Positions 44,177 through 53,882 of a stretch of 64,000 nucleotides of DNA are shown here, piece after piece. Under the pieces are notes generated by a model that saw only the letters and a program-made list of their open reading frames with translations, did no database searches and was not told the DNA's origin. The stretch lies in the sequence record NC_027402.1. The stretch is one strand, 5' to 3'. A program made the position numbers and the translations under genes. The first letter of the stretch is position 1. The number at the start of each line of letters is the position of its first letter.

Positions 44177-44803
44177 ATGAACGAGATTACCCTGATTCGT
44201 TTCATCGACGACATGGTGACGTGTCAGAAAGCGAATCGTCAGGATACCAAACTGCGTATCAATCTGATGGAAGAAGAGGTAGAAGGGTTTCTGGAATACC
44301 CGCGATTGGTGAAGTGGTTTAAAGAAGCACTGCCGCGTAGCTGGGGGCAGCTCGAAGCGTGGTTTGCTCTACCTATTGCAGAACGTAATCCCAATAATAC
44401 GATCTTCACCGGAACTACTGCATTAGATTTGGCTGGTTCGGTGGAGCAACCTAAACGTTTAGTTTTCTTCTACGTCAATGGCGATTCAATAATGGCTGAT
44501 ACCGTTAACTGGATTTCTGATGAGTTAACTGTAAACACCACTTTGGTCGGTAGCGCTGCCGATGCCTGGGTTGTTGGTCAGCACCAATCGCAACCGTACG
44601 AAGAAATCAAAACCGGTTATTTAATTCCGATATATCTCGACGGTGTAGCACCCGGTCGTAGCGCTGAACTGTTCAAATTTCTGCTTACTGAAACGTTAAA
44701 GGTTGTCGATTCCGATGCCGGGCGTGCGTGGTATGAATTAACCAAAGAGCGCACCGACAGTTTTTGGGAATCGCTCGGACACCGTAAGTTTATTCCGCAG
44801 TAA
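44177..44803 (+). CDS. Hypothetical protein
   Basis: 208 aa; AAGGA SD. Confidence 0.6.
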   Translation: MNEITLIRFIDDMVTCQKANRQDTKLRINLMEEEVEGFLEYPRLVKWFKEALPRSWGQLEAWFALPIAERNPNNTIFTGTTALDLAGSVEQPKRLVFFYVNGDSIMADTVNWISDELTVNTTLVGSAADAWVVGQHQSQPYEEIKTGYLIPIYLDGVAPGRSAELFKFLLTETLKVVDSDAGRAWYELTKERTDSFWESLGHRKFIPQ

Positions 44804-44813
44804 CTCTCCTCTC

Positions 44814-44833
44814 TGGAACCCTTCGGGGTTCCA
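44814..44833 (+). terminator. UUCG hairpin terminator
   Basis: TGGAACCC-TTCG-GGGTTCCA followed by a T-rich tail. Confidence 0.75.
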
Positions 44834-44899
44834 TTTCTTCTTTTTTACGCATGGCCTTTTGGATATGAACGACTAATACTTTCTCATTAGAAGGCAAAC

Positions 44900-47410
44900 A
44901 TGCTCAAGGTCGAACGTATCATTTTGAAAGGATTTACCGGCATGGGGTTACACGAAATCGAAACGTTTGATTTCACCCTTAAGTCAACCGTTACCATCAT
45001 CCTCGGTGGCAATGGTTGCGGTAAAACAAGCCTCCTGTCTGTTTTTCTCCCCTTAGCTCCAGCAAAATCTGAATTCCGTGAAGGTGGTTCTTACACTAAC
45101 TACGCGTTAGTCGGGGACGACCGTCTTAAGTTTGAAGTCCTGCGACGTGGGTCTTCTTTGTCTTGTAGTATTTTCAATATCACCAAAGGCGTCCCCATTG
45201 TGGACTCGGTAAACGCCAAAGTTTACAACTCCATGGTGGAACAGTTAACCGGAATCACCAAAGAAATCAAAGAGTTAATTAATGGCGAGACCTTATTAAC
45301 TGACGCCACTACCGAAGTTCGTCGCAAATGGTTTACGTTAATGTCAGAATCTGATCTGACGTACGTTGTTGGTTGTTATCGACGTTTGCGTAAACTCGCT
45401 TCCAGTTTAAGCGGGGCCATCGAACACACCGGACGAAAAATCGGCGAAGCAAAAATGCGCGTCGTTGACGATGAAGAAGATCGTGCACGTTTAGAAGTTC
45501 GTTTGAAAGAACTCGATGCTGAGCTTCAAGAATTAAACCGCACAATTGAAGCAAGGCCCGGTTTAGATAACGCTGTTTCGGTTGACAGTATCCGGAAACG
45601 CATTGCTTCGTTGCAACCGGCTGTAAAACTCATTATGGAACGTTATGGCGTTCTGCCTTCTGACGAACTGATTAACGAGTTTCAAAGTCGTGTGGTTGCC
45701 TGGCGTGAGCAAGCTGCCTCTGCTGAAACTGAATGCAACATGTACAATAAAGAGTTGTCACAGCTACTGGATGAGGAGTCGCGTCAAGCATATCTGATGC
45801 GCAACCATACCGGTCTAAAACAAACAATCGACAGCTTAAAACAGGAACTGGCAACATTCCAACAGAACTGGATGTTCCCGGCTCTGTTTGAAGGTACCCG
45901 CATCGATGTGGATAGCATTCAGAACGCGTTAAACGACGCCTGTAACTGGAACTTGCCGTTGTCTATGCATCTGGACCAGTTAAAGACAACAGAGCGCCTG
46001 GGAGCGTTAGAGAAGCGTTTACAGGGTATGGATTTAACCTCTGCGGGTCTATCTGAAAAGCTGCAACGTTGTGAGAATGTGCTACACGGTTTATACCACG
46101 ACCGTCAACACTTCTTAGAAACTGCAGAAGTTGATTGCCCACAGTGTAACCACCGTTTCCGTCCTGGGATTCGTAAGTCGTTACCTGAAATTGAAAAGGC
46201 CATCAACGATAATGAAGGTTGGAAAAAACAGCTGAAAGACGAAATGGATAGTCTTTTGCGTGACCGCAAAGAGATCGAAGAGGACGTCCGTAGCCTACGT
46301 ACAATTCGCGAAATTGTCATGTCGTATTCCAATCATCCCGTTGTCGGTTTGTTTTTCCGTAAACTGCAGGAGCTGGATATCTTCACTACGGCGCGGGATC
46401 GTTATGGTGCCATTGCACGTGCCTTTACCGAAGAGTTAGATTCGGCCATGATGTATCTGCGTCAATCAGCGAAGCTTGCAACAGCGGAACGGGAATGGCA
46501 AGAGGCTGTTGCCGCAGTAGGTAATGTTGATGGTGCGCTGAGTCAGAAAATTGAACATATCCGTTCACAACTAGACGGGGCTAACCGTCGACTGATAGAA
46601 TACCGCAGACAAGCCAATGAGCTGGAACGCGAAACCATCCAACTGCAACAAACCAAAGAAGCAATCGAACGTTTCCAAAAGGGCTACGAACATCTGGTAT
46701 CGGAAATGAACATCTCCGTTAACAACGTCGTGGTTCGTGAGTTGTTAAACCGACGCGAAGCGAAGCTCGATGCGTATACTTCAGCTCGTGAACGGTTTCG
46801 TCAAATGGAAGGGGCTATTGCACGTTTAGCGGAACTGGAAAAGGAACAAGCTGAACTGCTCAAAGAGCATCACCATGCCAGATTGATTATCAATGCTGTC
46901 TCCCCCGAAAAAGGATTATTGCGTCGTTACTTTTATGCTGCGATTACACGCATCATGGATTTAATGAATCGGTATATCGAAATGGTGTGGGCATATCCGA
47001 TGCAGGTTATTCCGTGCGATTTAACCGACGGGGATTTGGATTACACATTCCCGGTACGATTAAAAGACCATGAAGAACTGGTACCTGACGTGAAGAAAGG
47101 TTCAAAAGCACAGCGTATCATTTTCAACATGATGTTTCGTTTAACGGCGTATAAAGCACTTGGTTTACAAAATTATCCTTTGTTATTGGATGAACCATCT
47201 GAAGGCATGGATGAAGAACACAAAAACCGATTAGTTAACTTCATTAAATCGTTGGCGTTGTCGGGAGAGTTTTCTCAATTGCTGGTCGTTTCGCATGAAG
47301 CGGAAGTTCATTCTAAACTTAACGAAGCCACCTACTGTGTCGTAGAACCAGAAGGTGTAACGCTTCCACCGGTGTATAACGAAGGGGTAATAATCAAATA
47401 TGCATCATAA
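44900..47410 (+). CDS. sbcC: SbcC/Rad50-like SMC ATPase
   Basis: Walker A GGNGCGKTS, coiled coils with CPQC zinc hook, LLLDEPSEGMD Walker B/D-loop, VSHE H-loop. Confidence 0.9.
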   Translation: MLKVERIILKGFTGMGLHEIETFDFTLKSTVTIILGGNGCGKTSLLSVFLPLAPAKSEFREGGSYTNYALVGDDRLKFEVLRRGSSLSCSIFNITKGVPIVDSVNAKVYNSMVEQLTGITKEIKELINGETLLTDATTEVRRKWFTLMSESDLTYVVGCYRRLRKLASSLSGAIEHTGRKIGEAKMRVVDDEEDRARLEVRLKELDAELQELNRTIEARPGLDNAVSVDSIRKRIASLQPAVKLIMERYGVLPSDELINEFQSRVVAWREQAASAETECNMYNKELSQLLDEESRQAYLMRNHTGLKQTIDSLKQELATFQQNWMFPALFEGTRIDVDSIQNALNDACNWNLPLSMHLDQLKTTERLGALEKRLQGMDLTSAGLSEKLQRCENVLHGLYHDRQHFLETAEVDCPQCNHRFRPGIRKSLPEIEKAINDNEGWKKQLKDEMDSLLRDRKEIEEDVRSLRTIREIVMSYSNHPVVGLFFRKLQELDIFTTARDRYGAIARAFTEELDSAMMYLRQSAKLATAEREWQEAVAAVGNVDGALSQKIEHIRSQLDGANRRLIEYRRQANELERETIQLQQTKEAIERFQKGYEHLVSEMNISVNNVVVRELLNRREAKLDAYTSARERFRQMEGAIARLAELEKEQAELLKEHHHARLIINAVSPEKGLLRRYFYAAITRIMDLMNRYIEMVWAYPMQVIPCDLTDGDLDYTFPVRLKDHEELVPDVKKGSKAQRIIFNMMFRLTAYKALGLQNYPLLLDEPSEGMDEEHKNRLVNFIKSLALSGEFSQLLVVSHEAEVHSKLNEATYCVVEPEGVTLPPVYNEGVIIKYAS

Positions 47411-47591
47411 AGGTTGGCGCTTATGGGCTTGGTGGGGTTTTCAGTTCCTTCAGTTTGTTGTGATGGTACTGTACCTCTCCTTTTGTGCAGCCGTGGTGGT
47501 TATCGCTGCAGTTGTCTATTTAGCCTCTGCTCTTAAAGAACGCCTTTTTGACACGCGTTGTGAGTGGCGAGATATAGGAGAACGGATATGA
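47400..47591 (+). CDS. Small membrane protein
   Basis: 63 aa with a long hydrophobic stretch. Confidence 0.5.
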   Translation: MHHKGWRLWAWWGFQFLQFVVMVLYLSFCAAVVVIAAVVYLASALKERLFDTRCEWRDIGERI

Positions 47592-47692
47592 TTGAAGGTA
47601 TCGTATTAACCGGTATTGCACTGTGGTTGATTCGTGGTGCCTGGGGTTGGATTATCCGCACGAAAGGATGGGCATTCCATGGCAAGACGTAA
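47588..47692 (+). CDS. 34 aa membrane micro-protein
   Basis: ATGA overlap; MIEGIVLTGIALWLIRGAWGWIIRTKGWAFHGKT. Confidence 0.45.
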   Translation: MIEGIVLTGIALWLIRGAWGWIIRTKGWAFHGKT

Positions 47693-47882
47693 ACCCGGTC
47701 GTTTAAAGTTTTGGGCAGTTGTGGTAATGCACACTGTGGTGCTACTGGGTATTTTCATGTCTCGCGCCACGCCTGCCTTTTGGGGCTTAGTTGTTTTGGT
47801 GTTCTTAGAAGGGGTTTACTTCGGTAATCTGTGGAGCAAGCCCCCGCGTTTAAGGGACCCGGCTTATGACAGTCGTGAATAG
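47679..47882 (+). CDS. Small two-TM protein (67 aa)
   Basis: MARRKPGRLKFWAVVVMH... with two hydrophobic segments. Confidence 0.5.
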   Translation: MARRKPGRLKFWAVVVMHTVVLLGIFMSRATPAFWGLVVLVFLEGVYFGNLWSKPPRLRDPAYDSRE

Positions 47883-47997
47883 TGTCAACGCAGCCATGAT
47901 TGCAACAGGTGCGTATGATGGTGCCACCTGGACAGACCTTGGCATTACGATTATCATCTGTGCAATCGGAGCATTTCTGGCATCATGGTTATTTTAG
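47866..47997 (+). CDS. 43 aa membrane micro-protein
   Basis: MTVVNSV...LGITIIICAIGAFLASWLF. Confidence 0.4.
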   Translation: MTVVNSVNAAMIATGAYDGATWTDLGITIIICAIGAFLASWLF

Positions 47998-48110
47998 TGA
48001 AGTGGGTTGGGTGTATCATCTGTAGCCTGGTACTAGGAGCAGGCGCATACGCCCTAGGCGCAATCCTTGCATTGACGCAAGGTTGGTTTTAACAGGAGGG
48101 TAATTACGAA

Positions 48111-48389
48111 GTGGGAGAAGTATCATGTGACTGTGAAACAGTCTCTGATCCCGTGGTCGTGGGTTCAGGGGCGGCCGTGCCAACCCAGCGTATCGTTCTT
48201 TCGTGCGCGGGGATGGCTATAGGGTCTTCAAAGAACCTTCTAGCAGACATCGCGGAAGTCTGCGGGCCGGATGATTTTGCAGTTTCACGTACAGTCGGGG
48301 AAGACTGGCGTGGTAATCAGAAGCGCCATGAGCGAATGTGGCGACGGAAGGTTACCTCAGCATCGCGACGTTTTCAACGTCGTTGCTGA
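48111..48389 (+). CDS. Hypothetical protein
   Basis: 92 aa after an AGGAGG SD; start uncertain. Confidence 0.35.
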   Translation: MGEVSCDCETVSDPVVVGSGAAVPTQRIVLSCAGMAIGSSKNLLADIAEVCGPDDFAVSRTVGEDWRGNQKRHERMWRRKVTSASRRFQRRC

Positions 48390-48535
48390 TTAAAGACACG
48401 GTTCCAATAGAGAACTGGTCTTCACCTCTGGCGGTATGCGCCGCTAAGCTTTACCGGTAAACTTAAGAAAACACAAACGCAATTCTTCGTTACTCGCTTT
48501 CATCGCAGGTGAAAGCTCACTTAGGAATTCAGCTC

Positions 48536-49024
48536 ATGGCCGAAATTGTTATTCTTTCCTCATCTTCAGATTTAACGGAAGCACAAAATAAACAGCTGTT
48601 GGGGCTGCATTATAAATTTCTGAACCACCAACGTACCATACTCCATATCGAAAAAGGTGAGATTCCGAACCTCACTCTGGAGAAACTGTTGGCGGGGAAC
48701 CGTGCTTGTGTTGCTCTGGAAGGGGGTACCCCTGTTGGTTACTGTCTCTATCGCGTAATCGCTGGGGTTCTGAAGATTCGTACGATGTTCGTGTCCGAAA
48801 TGGCACGCCGTCGCAAAACGATGACGCAGATTTTTGATGCGCTTGATGTGAATGAAAAGTTCACCAGTGCGCATGGGGGAATATACGCTTGCCAGGAAGC
48901 TGGTATTGCGTTCTTTACCGCTCGCGGTTTTGACAAGACCGTCTCTACAGACGGACAATGGCTTGAATTTACGAAGCAGGTTCCTGCGGAAGCAGATGAA
49001 CCTTTAAGGACTGCGGTAGCATAG
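48536..49024 (+). CDS. GNAT-fold acetyltransferase-like protein
   Basis: PVGY...LKIRTMFVSEMARRR....I...AIAFF..RGF pattern; start moved to MAEIV. Confidence 0.65.
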   Translation: MAEIVILSSSSDLTEAQNKQLLGLHYKFLNHQRTILHIEKGEIPNLTLEKLLAGNRACVALEGGTPVGYCLYRVIAGVLKIRTMFVSEMARRRKTMTQIFDALDVNEKFTSAHGGIYACQEAGIAFFTARGFDKTVSTDGQWLEFTKQVPAEADEPLRTAVA

Positions 49025-49094
49025 TCCTGTTTTAGCACTCCTTACGATTATGCCTCACTATGAGTGGGGTATTTTTACGCGAGGAGTGCTATTT

Positions 49095-49304
49095 ATGTTT
49101 CACCGTCCTGGGTTTTCAGCTTTAAACACCGATGTCTGTTGGGCTGAGTACGAGCGGGTGAAGGAGTTCTTACCCGTAAATCCAAAACACATCAACGTGG
49201 GTACTATCGGGCGTGTTGCGTTCGATGATACTCCGCTGAGTACGTGTATTAAAGCTGCGCTTGGTACGCTGCCGGCGTCTATAGTGTTTGAGGAATTAAA
49301 ATGA
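49095..49304 (+). CDS. Hypothetical protein
   Basis: GAGGAG SD; start moved to MFHRP. Confidence 0.5.
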   Translation: MFHRPGFSALNTDVCWAEYERVKEFLPVNPKHINVGTIGRVAFDDTPLSTCIKAALGTLPASIVFEELK

Positions 49305-49819
49305 CGGACATTCGTGTTGACATATATGGGGAAATTCATACCACGGCCGATCGTAATCGTGTTGAATGGGCGATCATCGATAACCATCGGAAAAAACCAT
49401 ACGATTTTTTACTGTGTGAAGAACTGGGGCCGTATGAACATCACACTGCAAAAGCGCAAGATAAGGCATTAAAGGAGAAGATGTACTCTATTGGGCCCAT
49501 GGGGCTGGAGTTGGCTAAGAAACTCGGCATCCCTGCTATTGGGATCGATGACTGGAGCGACGCAACCTACGCTAAAGATATCAAGGATAAAAAGGGAATG
49601 GCTGTAAACTTTAGCCGTTCTTTTTATATTCGTGAAACTAAAATGGTTGCAAAAATTAAAAAGTATATGGCAAAAGGGCGTTGTGCTGTTATGCTTGGCG
49701 ACTCACACTTGCGCACCACGAAAACTAAAGAGCTTAGTGATGCGTCCCTTATCTGGGAAACGTTTAAGGATAATCCTGAAGTGAAGTTTCACAGGAGCCC
49801 TAAACGCGAGATTGATTAA
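49301..49819 (+). CDS. Hypothetical protein, possible TraB/GumN/ChaN-like fold
   Basis: GEIH, LCEE, GIDD, RE..M, AVMLGDSHL spacing. Confidence 0.4.
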   Translation: MTDIRVDIYGEIHTTADRNRVEWAIIDNHRKKPYDFLLCEELGPYEHHTAKAQDKALKEKMYSIGPMGLELAKKLGIPAIGIDDWSDATYAKDIKDKKGMAVNFSRSFYIRETKMVAKIKKYMAKGRCAVMLGDSHLRTTKTKELSDASLIWETFKDNPEVKFHRSPKREID

Positions 49820-49836
49820 ATCTAAAGGAGCATTAA

Positions 49837-50259
49837 ATGGTTACCGCTATTCGCGAAACAAAATCACTATACGATCATTTATCAGAAGAAGAAACAGCCT
49901 TATTCTACGACCTGTTACCTGAAACCAAAGCAAATGTTCAGTGGTGGTTACGTTTAGCGCTACGTGATAAAGTTGGGGAAACGCCGGTTAGTATTCTCGC
50001 ACACACGTTGGACATGACACCCATGATTGAAATCGCGATTACCCGCCCTAAATTCTGGCGGCCTGGTATGGTGCGTGAGGCGTATCTACTCCAACGCTTA
50101 GGTGTTGACCCGGAGAAGTGTTGGCGTAAGATGGACGACCATCGCTACCGTGAAGAAATTACGAATAGCCTCAACACTATGTTGGCAATGAAACGGCTCG
50201 GTATCGAACACGAAGGTTTCGAGTCTGCGGTGCGAGCGTGGGTGAGAAGGAATAGCTAA
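49837..50259 (+). CDS. Hypothetical protein
   Basis: 140 aa; AAGGAG SD. Confidence 0.6.
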   Translation: MVTAIRETKSLYDHLSEEETALFYDLLPETKANVQWWLRLALRDKVGETPVSILAHTLDMTPMIEIAITRPKFWRPGMVREAYLLQRLGVDPEKCWRKMDDHRYREEITNSLNTMLAMKRLGIEHEGFESAVRAWVRRNS

Positions 50260-50508
50260 ATGCAAAAAACAATCATCGGAATAATGGTTAGTTCTTTCTG
50301 TGGTTTCCCTACCCCGCAGACAGAACCCCAATATTTGGGCGCAGGCAAACCTGATCCGGAAGTCCGTAAGTTGCGCGAAGAAGCAAAAGCCAGAGTTCTT
50401 ACTGAGCTGGAATCATTGCTTCAGTCTCCGGTTATTTCACAATGGGGTATGGCAATAGATGTCACTCGAACTGATCGACGAGGGCGTTATCTCCCACGAC
50501 TTGTTTAA
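50260..50508 (+). CDS. Hypothetical protein
   Basis: 82 aa; abuts the previous stop codon. Confidence 0.4.
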   Translation: MQKTIIGIMVSSFCGFPTPQTEPQYLGAGKPDPEVRKLREEAKARVLTELESLLQSPVISQWGMAIDVTRTDRRGRYLPRLV

Positions 50509-50959
50509 CGCGCCTGAGCGCTTCAAGGTCGTTACAGTTAACTGTGTTGGTGCGATGGGAAGGGGCATTGCCTTGGCGTGCCGAGAACGCTTCCCATCGC
50601 TTTATAACGACTATCGCCAGAAATGTCGTAAAGAGCAAATCGTTATCGGTGAGGTCTATTGTTATCCTGAGGAAGGGGTAATACTCCTTCCTACTAAAAC
50701 CCATTTTCGCTATAAATCGCAGATTTACTATGTCACGTCCGGCATTGATGCGCTGGCGCGACTAGGGGAAGACTTAGAAGGAGGGATTGCGATACCGCCC
50801 CTAGGGATGGCTAACGGTTGGTTACGTTACCATGAGCGATTGGAAATCTTTATACACTTACAGAAACGACTACAGCACACGGAGCAGACTTATCGATTCT
50901 ATTTACCAGACACCCTGCTGAGGGAAGCAGAGAAAATCATCCCAAAAAGTTTCAAATAG
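50459..50959 (+). CDS. Macrodomain protein (DarG/Poa1-like ADP-ribose hydrolase)
   Basis: HDLF...VVTVNCVGAMGRGIALACRERFP, LLPTKTH, IAIPPLGMANG. Confidence 0.85.
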   Translation: MSLELIDEGVISHDLFNAPERFKVVTVNCVGAMGRGIALACRERFPSLYNDYRQKCRKEQIVIGEVYCYPEEGVILLPTKTHFRYKSQIYYVTSGIDALARLGEDLEGGIAIPPLGMANGWLRYHERLEIFIHLQKRLQHTEQTYRFYLPDTLLREAEKIIPKSFK

Positions 50960-50974
50960 ATATTATTATCAGGG
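50950..50974 (+). promoter_or_regulatory. Putative early promoter motif
   Basis: TTTCAAATAGATATTATTATCAGGG. Confidence 0.45.
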
Positions 50975-51057
50975 CACATTACAAAGGAGCACAATGCCGT
51001 CCGCGCCGTCTTCCCGGATTGGGAACGGAAAAGTATAAATCCGTTTGGAGAACATCC

Positions 51058-51780
51058 ATGTTTCGCACCATTTTATTTCTTCTGGTAGCAGTGACCACAT
51101 TCAACAGCAACGCTTCTTACCAGTCCACCAGTAACAAACATCAAAAAGAATTTGTCCTTATCCAGGACCAGTTCAATGAGATTAAACCTCTCATTGTCTC
51201 CGCATCTCAAAAGCAAGGTGTACATGCCGGGATGCTCGCGACCACCATTTACCGTGAATCCCGTTTTAATAAAAACGTGGGTAAGAATAAATCGAGCAGT
51301 GCTAGTAGTGTTGTCCAAATGACGACAGGCACTAAACGCTCCATGATACGTCTGTATGGGAAACAACTTAACATCCCAAAGAACGCAGACCTTAATAAAC
51401 CGAAATATGCTGTACAGCTTGCTGCTGTTTACATGAAACACATCGAGGATCATCTGACAAAACAACTCAAACGCAAGCCGAGCACAGCCGAAATCGCATT
51501 AGGCTACCGCTTCGGTGAGAGCGCTGCTGTTGCGATGATTAAAAAGAAATCATCGGTCGGGAAACGCTGGATGGACAGCTACCGAAAAGACGCAGCATTC
51601 TACGGTGCGAAAATGACGCCACCGAAAGCTGAAACACGTCAGCTTGCTTTTGCGAAGGAAGACCGCGACCAACGCGTCGCTGAGCTTCAGAAAATCTGGG
51701 ATACGCTGTACAGCAAAGTATCACCTGCGGCCGGTACATTACTGGCAAATAACACTATCATGAAAGGAGCACTGCTTTGA
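51058..51780 (+). CDS. Lytic transglycosylase (SLT, phiKZ gp144-like) with N-terminal signal peptide
   Basis: MFRTILFLLVAVTTFNSNA; IYRESRFN (catalytic Glu), SSASSVVQMTTGT, LKRKPSTAEI..GYRFG..AA. Confidence 0.75.
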   Translation: MFRTILFLLVAVTTFNSNASYQSTSNKHQKEFVLIQDQFNEIKPLIVSASQKQGVHAGMLATTIYRESRFNKNVGKNKSSSASSVVQMTTGTKRSMIRLYGKQLNIPKNADLNKPKYAVQLAAVYMKHIEDHLTKQLKRKPSTAEIALGYRFGESAAVAMIKKKSSVGKRWMDSYRKDAAFYGAKMTPPKAETRQLAFAKEDRDQRVAELQKIWDTLYSKVSPAAGTLLANNTIMKGALL

Positions 51781-52370
51781 CACTCGTAACACGCCCCTGG
51801 TATCCAGGTCTTAAAACAGCCGCACAAATCACCGCCAAAGATGTCTACGAATTAATTCGCGCGGGTGCGGAACACGTTCAAACCAACCCGAACTATGTAG
51901 AGCGTCCTATCGGTGAGGTCGATGGGGAAGCTGTCGAAGCACCGGTCTACGTTGAGTACGGCGAATGGTTCGCAGAGAACCACGGTTTCTACGATGCGTT
52001 AAACGCGGCGTTTGGTGATGACGAAGACGAAGGTATCGAATTCGACTGGAACGTTAATCTGGCGCTGATGTGGATTTGTGGTTTACGTCCAGCAATTGAC
52101 GAAACCGAAGCAGGTTTCGTGCTGACGTGGCGACAGTCGGCGGGTTACAATAAAGAACTCGACTTCAAACAGGCGTATATGGATGTGTCGATTGCACTGC
52201 AGAAACTGTTCTTCGGCGATCGTGCTTTCTGCCAGCTCAGCTGGTTGACCATCCTGGAAAAACTGGCAACGTGCCACAAACTGTGGCGAGCAGAAGATGC
52301 CCCAGAACATCTCTTCGTGCTCGAATACGCAGTGGTGCCGAACCAGCCGTTCTTTGAGGCCGAAGCGTAA
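51777..52370 (+). CDS. Hypothetical protein
   Basis: 197 aa acidic ORF. Confidence 0.55.
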   Translation: MTLVTRPWYPGLKTAAQITAKDVYELIRAGAEHVQTNPNYVERPIGEVDGEAVEAPVYVEYGEWFAENHGFYDALNAAFGDDEDEGIEFDWNVNLALMWICGLRPAIDETEAGFVLTWRQSAGYNKELDFKQAYMDVSIALQKLFFGDRAFCQLSWLTILEKLATCHKLWRAEDAPEHLFVLEYAVVPNQPFFEAEA

Positions 52371-52374
52371 TTAA

Positions 52375-52398
52375 CGGTCAGACCTTCGGGTCTGACCG
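52375..52398 (+). terminator. UUCG hairpin terminator
   Basis: CGGTCAGACC-TTCG-GGTCTGACCG then CCTTTTATTT. Confidence 0.8.
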
Positions 52399-52421
52399 CC
52401 TTTTATTTAATTCTTGGATGT

Positions 52422-52688
52422 GTGCTCGTGAAACGTTTAATAAATTTTCTCTACTGGATGGAGAAACGCTATAGCCACAACATTCCGATGATGTACGGTT
52501 TGCTATTCTCCACGGTAATGTTGGTAATCGGTGCGATTGTCGCACATCTGATGGAACTCACGTCCCCATGGGCGCAACTCTTTCTTGCCATCTGGATGTT
52601 GTTCTCAGGCTACCACGTGCGTGGTTTCATGACCCGATTCTTTCGCTGGCGTAGTACCTGGCACGTCTTTAATTCCGACCGTAACTAG
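52422..52688 (+). CDS. Small two-TM membrane protein
   Basis: 88 aa with two hydrophobic segments. Confidence 0.5.
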   Translation: MLVKRLINFLYWMEKRYSHNIPMMYGLLFSTVMLVIGAIVAHLMELTSPWAQLFLAIWMLFSGYHVRGFMTRFFRWRSTWHVFNSDRN

Positions 52689-52748
52689 TTTTTTACAGCA
52701 GTAACTAATCATCTGAAAATACCGTTTACTTTTATAAGGACTATTAAC

Positions 52749-53882
52749 ATGCAATTTCCAATTTCCGTAATCGAAGATATGGCTCGTGTAGTACGTAACC
52801 GTGCCTATGTGCTTAGCTACGAAGGTGTTCGTGCTTATTCAGAAGCTCTGATTGCACAACACGTCACTGGCACCGGTGTTATCAACCCGGATCTTTACAA
52901 TGCGCTGGTCGATAACAATGTGGAGGCTTACCTGCCGCTGCCGCACCTGCGTAATAAGTTGTGCCTTTCTTCTCAAACTCTTCAGTTTGATAACCTGCCG
53001 CCACTGAAATATTCGCCGGATGACCGTTGGGGAAGTATGCTGGGCGTAGCTTTCCAAAATTGCCACGCGCCTTATAACTGGTCTATTCTCGTTGAAGGTG
53101 TTGATGGTGTCTGGTATGCCATTGCACATTCTGACGAATTCTTCTTCGAGCCAGGTGAACTGATTAAACCCGTAAGTGCTCCACATGGTCGTGTTAAGGT
53201 TGGGCATTGTTACATTGAATTGACTCATGTTCAGTGGACTATCGAAGACTGGCGTGCTGCCTCCGTTATCTTCGGTGACGGTAAACCACACTCAGTCACT
53301 TTCGAGCGTTGCGAAGCAGTGCATGTTGAAGAGCCTGACAATGACGAAGTGGGAGATCGCTACGCGCCGCTGGAAGAGTGTCGCAGCATCGCAAACATCG
53401 ACTGGGTGAAAGTCTTTACGGCCAACCCCGGTTTCCGTGGTCAGACTATCAACCCCGGCGAAGTAACCTGGGAAGGTTTCGTACAACTCGCAGATAAACT
53501 CGGTTATGATGTGTGGGATTACACCTACAAACGTCCATACCCGAATGCGTCAGAAGATGAAGGCCACGATGAGATCATTCTGGAAAACTTAGTTGATGTC
53601 GAAAATGTGTTTATTGACGACGAAATCTTTGTTACCCTCGGTATCGAACGTCCAAAATCAACAGCTTATCCGGTATCGGTTGCCAGTGTGATTCAGGAAC
53701 TGGGCAAAATGCAGGAGCAGACCGTCGAAGTGAAAATCGACGAAGAGCAAATGCAGATTGTTGCTCAGGTACAGAAAACTCTGAACCTGGATAAACTGTA
53801 CGCGGAAATCCGCAAGCTGCCGAAAAAGAAACGTACTGCTGCCACAATCAAAGCAATGGTCCGCGACATCGTCGGTAAATAA
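52749..53882 (+). CDS. Hypothetical protein (377 aa)
   Basis: Long acidic ORF with a basic C-terminal tip; AAGGA SD. Confidence 0.65.
   Translation: MQFPISVIEDMARVVRNRAYVLSYEGVRAYSEALIAQHVTGTGVINPDLYNALVDNNVEAYLPLPHLRNKLCLSSQTLQFDNLPPLKYSPDDRWGSMLGVAFQNCHAPYNWSILVEGVDGVWYAIAHSDEFFFEPGELIKPVSAPHGRVKVGHCYIELTHVQWTIEDWRAASVIFGDGKPHSVTFERCEAVHVEEPDNDEVGDRYAPLEECRSIANIDWVKVFTANPGFRGQTINPGEVTWEGFVQLADKLGYDVWDYTYKRPYPNASEDEGHDEIILENLVDVENVFIDDEIFVTLGIERPKSTAYPVSVASVIQELGKMQEQTVEVKIDEEQMQIVAQVQKTLNLDKLYAEIRKLPKKKRTAATIKAMVRDIVGK

Noticed and set aside
44900-47410. sbcC without an adjacent sbcD as a novelty
   Set aside because: Separated SbcC and SbcD genes are, as I recall, usual in phiKZ-related phages; sbcD may lie outside the window.
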